NCBI GenBank assembly: GCA_003971905.1
Contig: RSEE01000131.1
Span: forward strand, 1 to 64,000
DNA length: 64,000 nt
Origin: Moniliella sp. 'wahieum'
Lineage: Eukaryota
Reading direction: 5' to 3'
Positions 60,301 to 64,000 of this stretch are shown here, one piece after another (within the stretch, counting starts at the first letter, position 1; each line of letters starts with the position of its first letter). Under the pieces are notes generated by a model that ran no database searches, was not told the origin of the DNA, and saw nothing but the letters and a program-made list of their open reading frames with translations. A program made the translations under genes and the position numbers.

Positions 60301-61215
60301 TTCGTATCCACTGTTGGCACTCCCTAACGAGCACCAGGCCTCGGGCCTCAGGTCCGCTTTGGAAACAAGGGCGGAGCGGGAGCCAGAGGGTCCCGACCTG
60401 CTGTGGCGATACCATTCGCTTCCCAATTGGATTTTTTGGCGCAGCGCACGAGCTACAGCAGAGCACACGCTGGATGAGCGATGAGCGCATGAGCGATGAA
60501 CATCATATGTTGTGGTCGGTTCGGCGTTCCTTTGCCCCTGCTTCAAGGTTTGCCAATGATTACAATGCGGTAGGAGCCCCATCAACATCTGCCTCACCCT
60601 ATAACCGTTTGCTTCTTAGCAGAGGAACCGGCGTTAATGGTGATCGATGTGGAGAGGACGGGGGATGCATGTGACATGTGATGGTGATCAGAAGCCTGCT
60701 GGCACGGAGGGAGGTGTCGATCTGATCCCAGCCCTATTATGTCGGTGTGATATAGGACAGACGTGACAATGTGACGGTGTGACCGGCAGGTGGGAGCGAA
60801 ATCGGCGGCCGAAAGCGGGGGCTAGCTCGGCTGGCGTTGGTTGGCCATCCGAACACCGTGTCCAGTGTCACGTGTCGCCTCACGTGACGCGTGATGCCTC
60901 AAGCATTCTGCATTCGGGGCGCGCCACAGCGGAACAGCCCGCCTTCATTCCGCCCGGGCTGTCATTGGATTGACTTGGACTGAGTTGAATATTTCATTGG
61001 ATTGGTTTTGGTTTTGTTTTGATTTTAAATTTTAATTTTGGGGGTTCACTTTTTTTTCTTTCTTGGCGGGGGAAAGCGCACGCCTGCGCTTCCTCCTTGG
61101 CGCCACCTCCTTGCCCTTCCGCCTCCGACCCCTTTTCCCACCGCGCTCGCACCTCCCCCCGCACGTACCCCGCCCCCGCCATCGCCATCGCACCACCAGC
61201 TGCACGATCCACACC

Positions 61216-62695
61216 ATGGGGCTCGCCGAACGCAAGACCAAGACCCGCCTGGTCGGGAGCGCGCAGACGGCCAACAAGCGGTGGGTGGAAGACCAGAGTG
61301 CGCCGGGCCAGCGTCTGTTAGCGTCAATGGGCTGGCAAGCGGGCCAAGGCCTGGGTGGCAGCGGCGGCGTGCACGCGGCCCAGACGGCCCAACGAGCCAT
61401 CTCGGCCCAAATCAAATTGGACAACAAGGGCATTGGCGTGTCGCGCGCCGAGAAGGAAGCGCGGGCAGCGGGGAACGGACCTGGGTCCGATCCCTGGTCC
61501 ACCCAAGGCGCTAAAGATTTCGGCGACCTACTAGCTCGCTTGAATGCCACTTCATCCACCCCTACGACCCCCACCACCTCGTCGTCGTCGTCGGGCGTCA
61601 GGCCGGAAGGGGGGAAACGCTCGCGTCCTATTTCGGCTTCGGCACCCGCTTCTCTTCCGGACGAGGAGCAGGAGCAGGACGGAAAGACGCACGACCAAGC
61701 CGATTCGGTCGAAGAGGATGAACGCACACGCAAGCGACGCAAAAAGGAGGCCAAAACCAAAGCCAAAACCGACAGCACGAACGCGAACCAAGCCACTCAG
61801 CCCGTGCTACCGGATCGCCGCTCACGGACCCTTCCCCACCCACTCAATCTGCTTCTGCGCCAGTGCAACGCGCCATCCCGGCTCACTTGGCGTACGTACC
61901 CCCCCATCCATCCCACCCCTTTCCCTACCGTTTGAATGCGAGACTGACCTAGGAACTTTACCCATCGCGGACGAGCAGTCACCGAGCGCGGTACTTGCGT
62001 GCCAAGGGCCAAGCGCGGACCAGTGGACTTGGTTCGCTGCATGAGATTTTGGGGATTTCGCCTTCCAGCAGTACCACCTCCACACCGCGTGCGACGACGC
62101 CCGTTGCTACCCCGTTGGTTGTGCCCGGTCCTGGTGGGAGCAAGGTGCGCGTGATGGCCAACCGGCCGGAAACGGCGCCAGCGTCGTTGGCTGGAAGTGA
62201 TTCGGAGGAAGAGGAGGAGGAAGAGGAGGAAGGGGAAGGATCTTCTGCCCCGGATGCGTCGGGAAGGCGTAAGGAGGAGAGCAAGAAGAGCAAGAAAGAC
62301 AAGAAGGACAAGAAGGACAAGAAGCGCAAGGGCGAAAAGAAAGAGAAGACTACCCCACCAAAAGAAAAGGGCGAAAAGAAGACAAGAAGGACAAGAAGGA
62401 CAAGAAGGACAAGAAGGACAAAAAAGACAAGAAGGATAAGAAGGACAAGAAGAAGAACGACGCATCCCTTTCTTCCTCCTCTACTTCTTCGTCTGCGTCG
62501 GCTACGCCCACCGTGCCAGCTTTGGACCCCAGCCTCGACCCAGCCCAGAGCAATTTGCGCGTATCGTCGGTTCCAGTATTTGAGTACTTGCAGAACCGGT
62601 TGTACCTCCGCCGTGCGGCGGTCCAGCGTGCTAAGCGGGACGAGCAAGAAGCTGTCTGGGGCCGTGTATCAGCGGCCGCGGCTCAGGCGCGGTAA
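61216..62695 (+). CDS. PXR1: G-patch protein Pxr1/Gno1/PinX1-like with KKD repeats; intron starting ~61892
   Basis: MGLAERKTKTRL...NKRWVEDQSAPGQRLLASMGWQAGQGLG...IKLDNKGIG...DFGDLLARLN, followed by a KKDKKD tract. Confidence 0.88.
62283..62455. repeat. Coding (AAGAAGGAC)n repeat (KKD)
   Basis: Directly visible. Confidence 0.9.
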
Positions 62696-63539
62696 GGCTC
62701 GAACTTGGACCGCTTGGACGACGTATGGACCGGCTTGGACCGGGGTGGGTGGACGTGCTGGAGTGGGCGCAGGAGGTGAAGGCGGTGAAGGGATGGTCGT
62801 GTGCGCTGGGGTCACCCCGCCCCCCATTGTAAAGAGCGGCTCAGTCCAAGGCAGATCCAAGGGCCAGCGCTCTGCCCAGTCGATCGCCTCGACCATATCT
62901 GCATGGAGGTAGGAGGTTCCTAGGTTGCTCGCATCCTCGAGTATTAGGCTGTTACGGTGCTATTCCTTCCTTCCGTCCTCCTCTCCTCTCCCTGGCCTCA
63001 ATCCTGAAGGCCTGATTTGTTCGGTTTTGCAATGTCCACTGTGCTTGTGAGATGACTTTCGTAGGATGACTGTTACACTTTCATTTGGCAGCTACTGGAT
63101 CTGTAACTTGGACTTGGATTTGGATTGGTTCTATCCTAAGCGGTATCCGCATAACCCAGTTAGTTATACTAGTGACCGGCGCCGCCATTGCAGATGAGGG
63201 ACGAGGAAAGGCCGTTATACAGAAACAAGGGGTAGGGAAACCAGGGCCGGGGCAAAGTGTAAGTTCAGCATCCCTAACTGCACCTCATTCAATTCTTTTC
63301 CATCTGCATGTCCATCTCCCACCTCTATCTCCAGAGTCCACGTGCACTTCCCTCTTGTACGTCCACGTTCACCTGCCTTTGCCTCTGCCTTTGTCTTTGC
63401 CTTTAACACACGGACATTGGGCCCTGTTGCGACGGAATGCATGGCCTACTTACGATACGCATGCCCACAACCAGTGAACTCATACTATGCTCATGCACCT
63501 CCAGCGCTTTACTCGAGTTTTGAGCTGAAGGTTCAACCG

Positions 63540-63645
63540 ACCTTAGACCTTAGACCTTGCCATTGACCTTTTTGCCATTGACCTTAAAGCTTAAACCTTA
63601 GACCCTAGACCTTAGGGCAGAGACCTTAGGCCTTAGACTTGAGAC
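63540..63645. repeat. Degenerate (ACCTTAG)n heptamer repeats
   Basis: ACCTTAGACCTTAGACCTT at 63540 and ACCTTAGACCCTAGACCTTAG at ~63595. Confidence 0.7.
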
Positions 63646-64000
63646 CAGAGACCTGAAGCTGGGGCCGCGTGCAGCCTGCACCCTCCACGGGTCTCTGCCT
63701 GCCCTGCACGACTTCAGCAGCCGCAAGTGTCCAGTGTCAAAGTGTCAAAGGTCCGAAAAGGTAAAGTGTCCAGTGTCCATCGTCGAGCGTGACAGAGCTG
63801 TCAGGCTTGCAATTCAAGCTGAGACCCGAGCCGCGTCCGCGTCGGGGAAGATGGGGGAGGGGAGGCTCTAGTAGCATTCACTGCTGTACACCAAAGTCCA
63901 ACACGTATAGGATGCAATGGATAGACGGGCAGACACGAAGTGGGCGAGGTAGGGAGGTAGGGAGGTGGGGAGGTGGGGGAGGTGAAGACAAGCGAAGAGA

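Noticed and set aside
63540..63645. CCTTAG repeats as telomeric or interstitial telomere sequence
   Set aside because: The unit is ACCTTAG, not TTAGGG/CCCTAA, and the array is short and degenerate.

Overview
GC-rich eukaryotic DNA from a compact fungal genome. Short GT-AG introns have GTACGT/GTGCGT/GTGAGT donors and CTAAC/CTGAC branch points, and the gene content suggests a basidiomycete (possibly Ustilaginomycotina; inference). Almost every gene, including eIF1A and 14-3-3, is broken by single-base indels, which points to an unpolished long-read assembly. Gene coordinates are therefore approximate and stitched across frames. Recognisable genes: GRR1-like F-box/LRR, 14-3-3, complex I ESSS subunit, C2H2 factor, eIF1A, secreted alpha/beta hydrolase, intron-containing tRNA-Arg(ACG), Borealin/Nbl1, makorin, Ytp1, DHHC palmitoyltransferase, LRR-RhoGEF, forkhead factor and G-patch Pxr1/PinX1, plus several hypothetical genes. 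The left end holds a truncated F-box gene duplicate, an LTR-like segment and a decayed CACTA/EnSpm transposase. I found no clear multi-gene novel system. The most unusual signals are: intergenic 7-bp tandem arrays built from different 6-bp palindromes; a recurring ATTCCGCCC promoter element with one copy lacking an assigned gene; a 14-3-3 with a very long repeat tail; a forkhead with a rewritten recognition helix; and a makorin with a 68-aa duplication.
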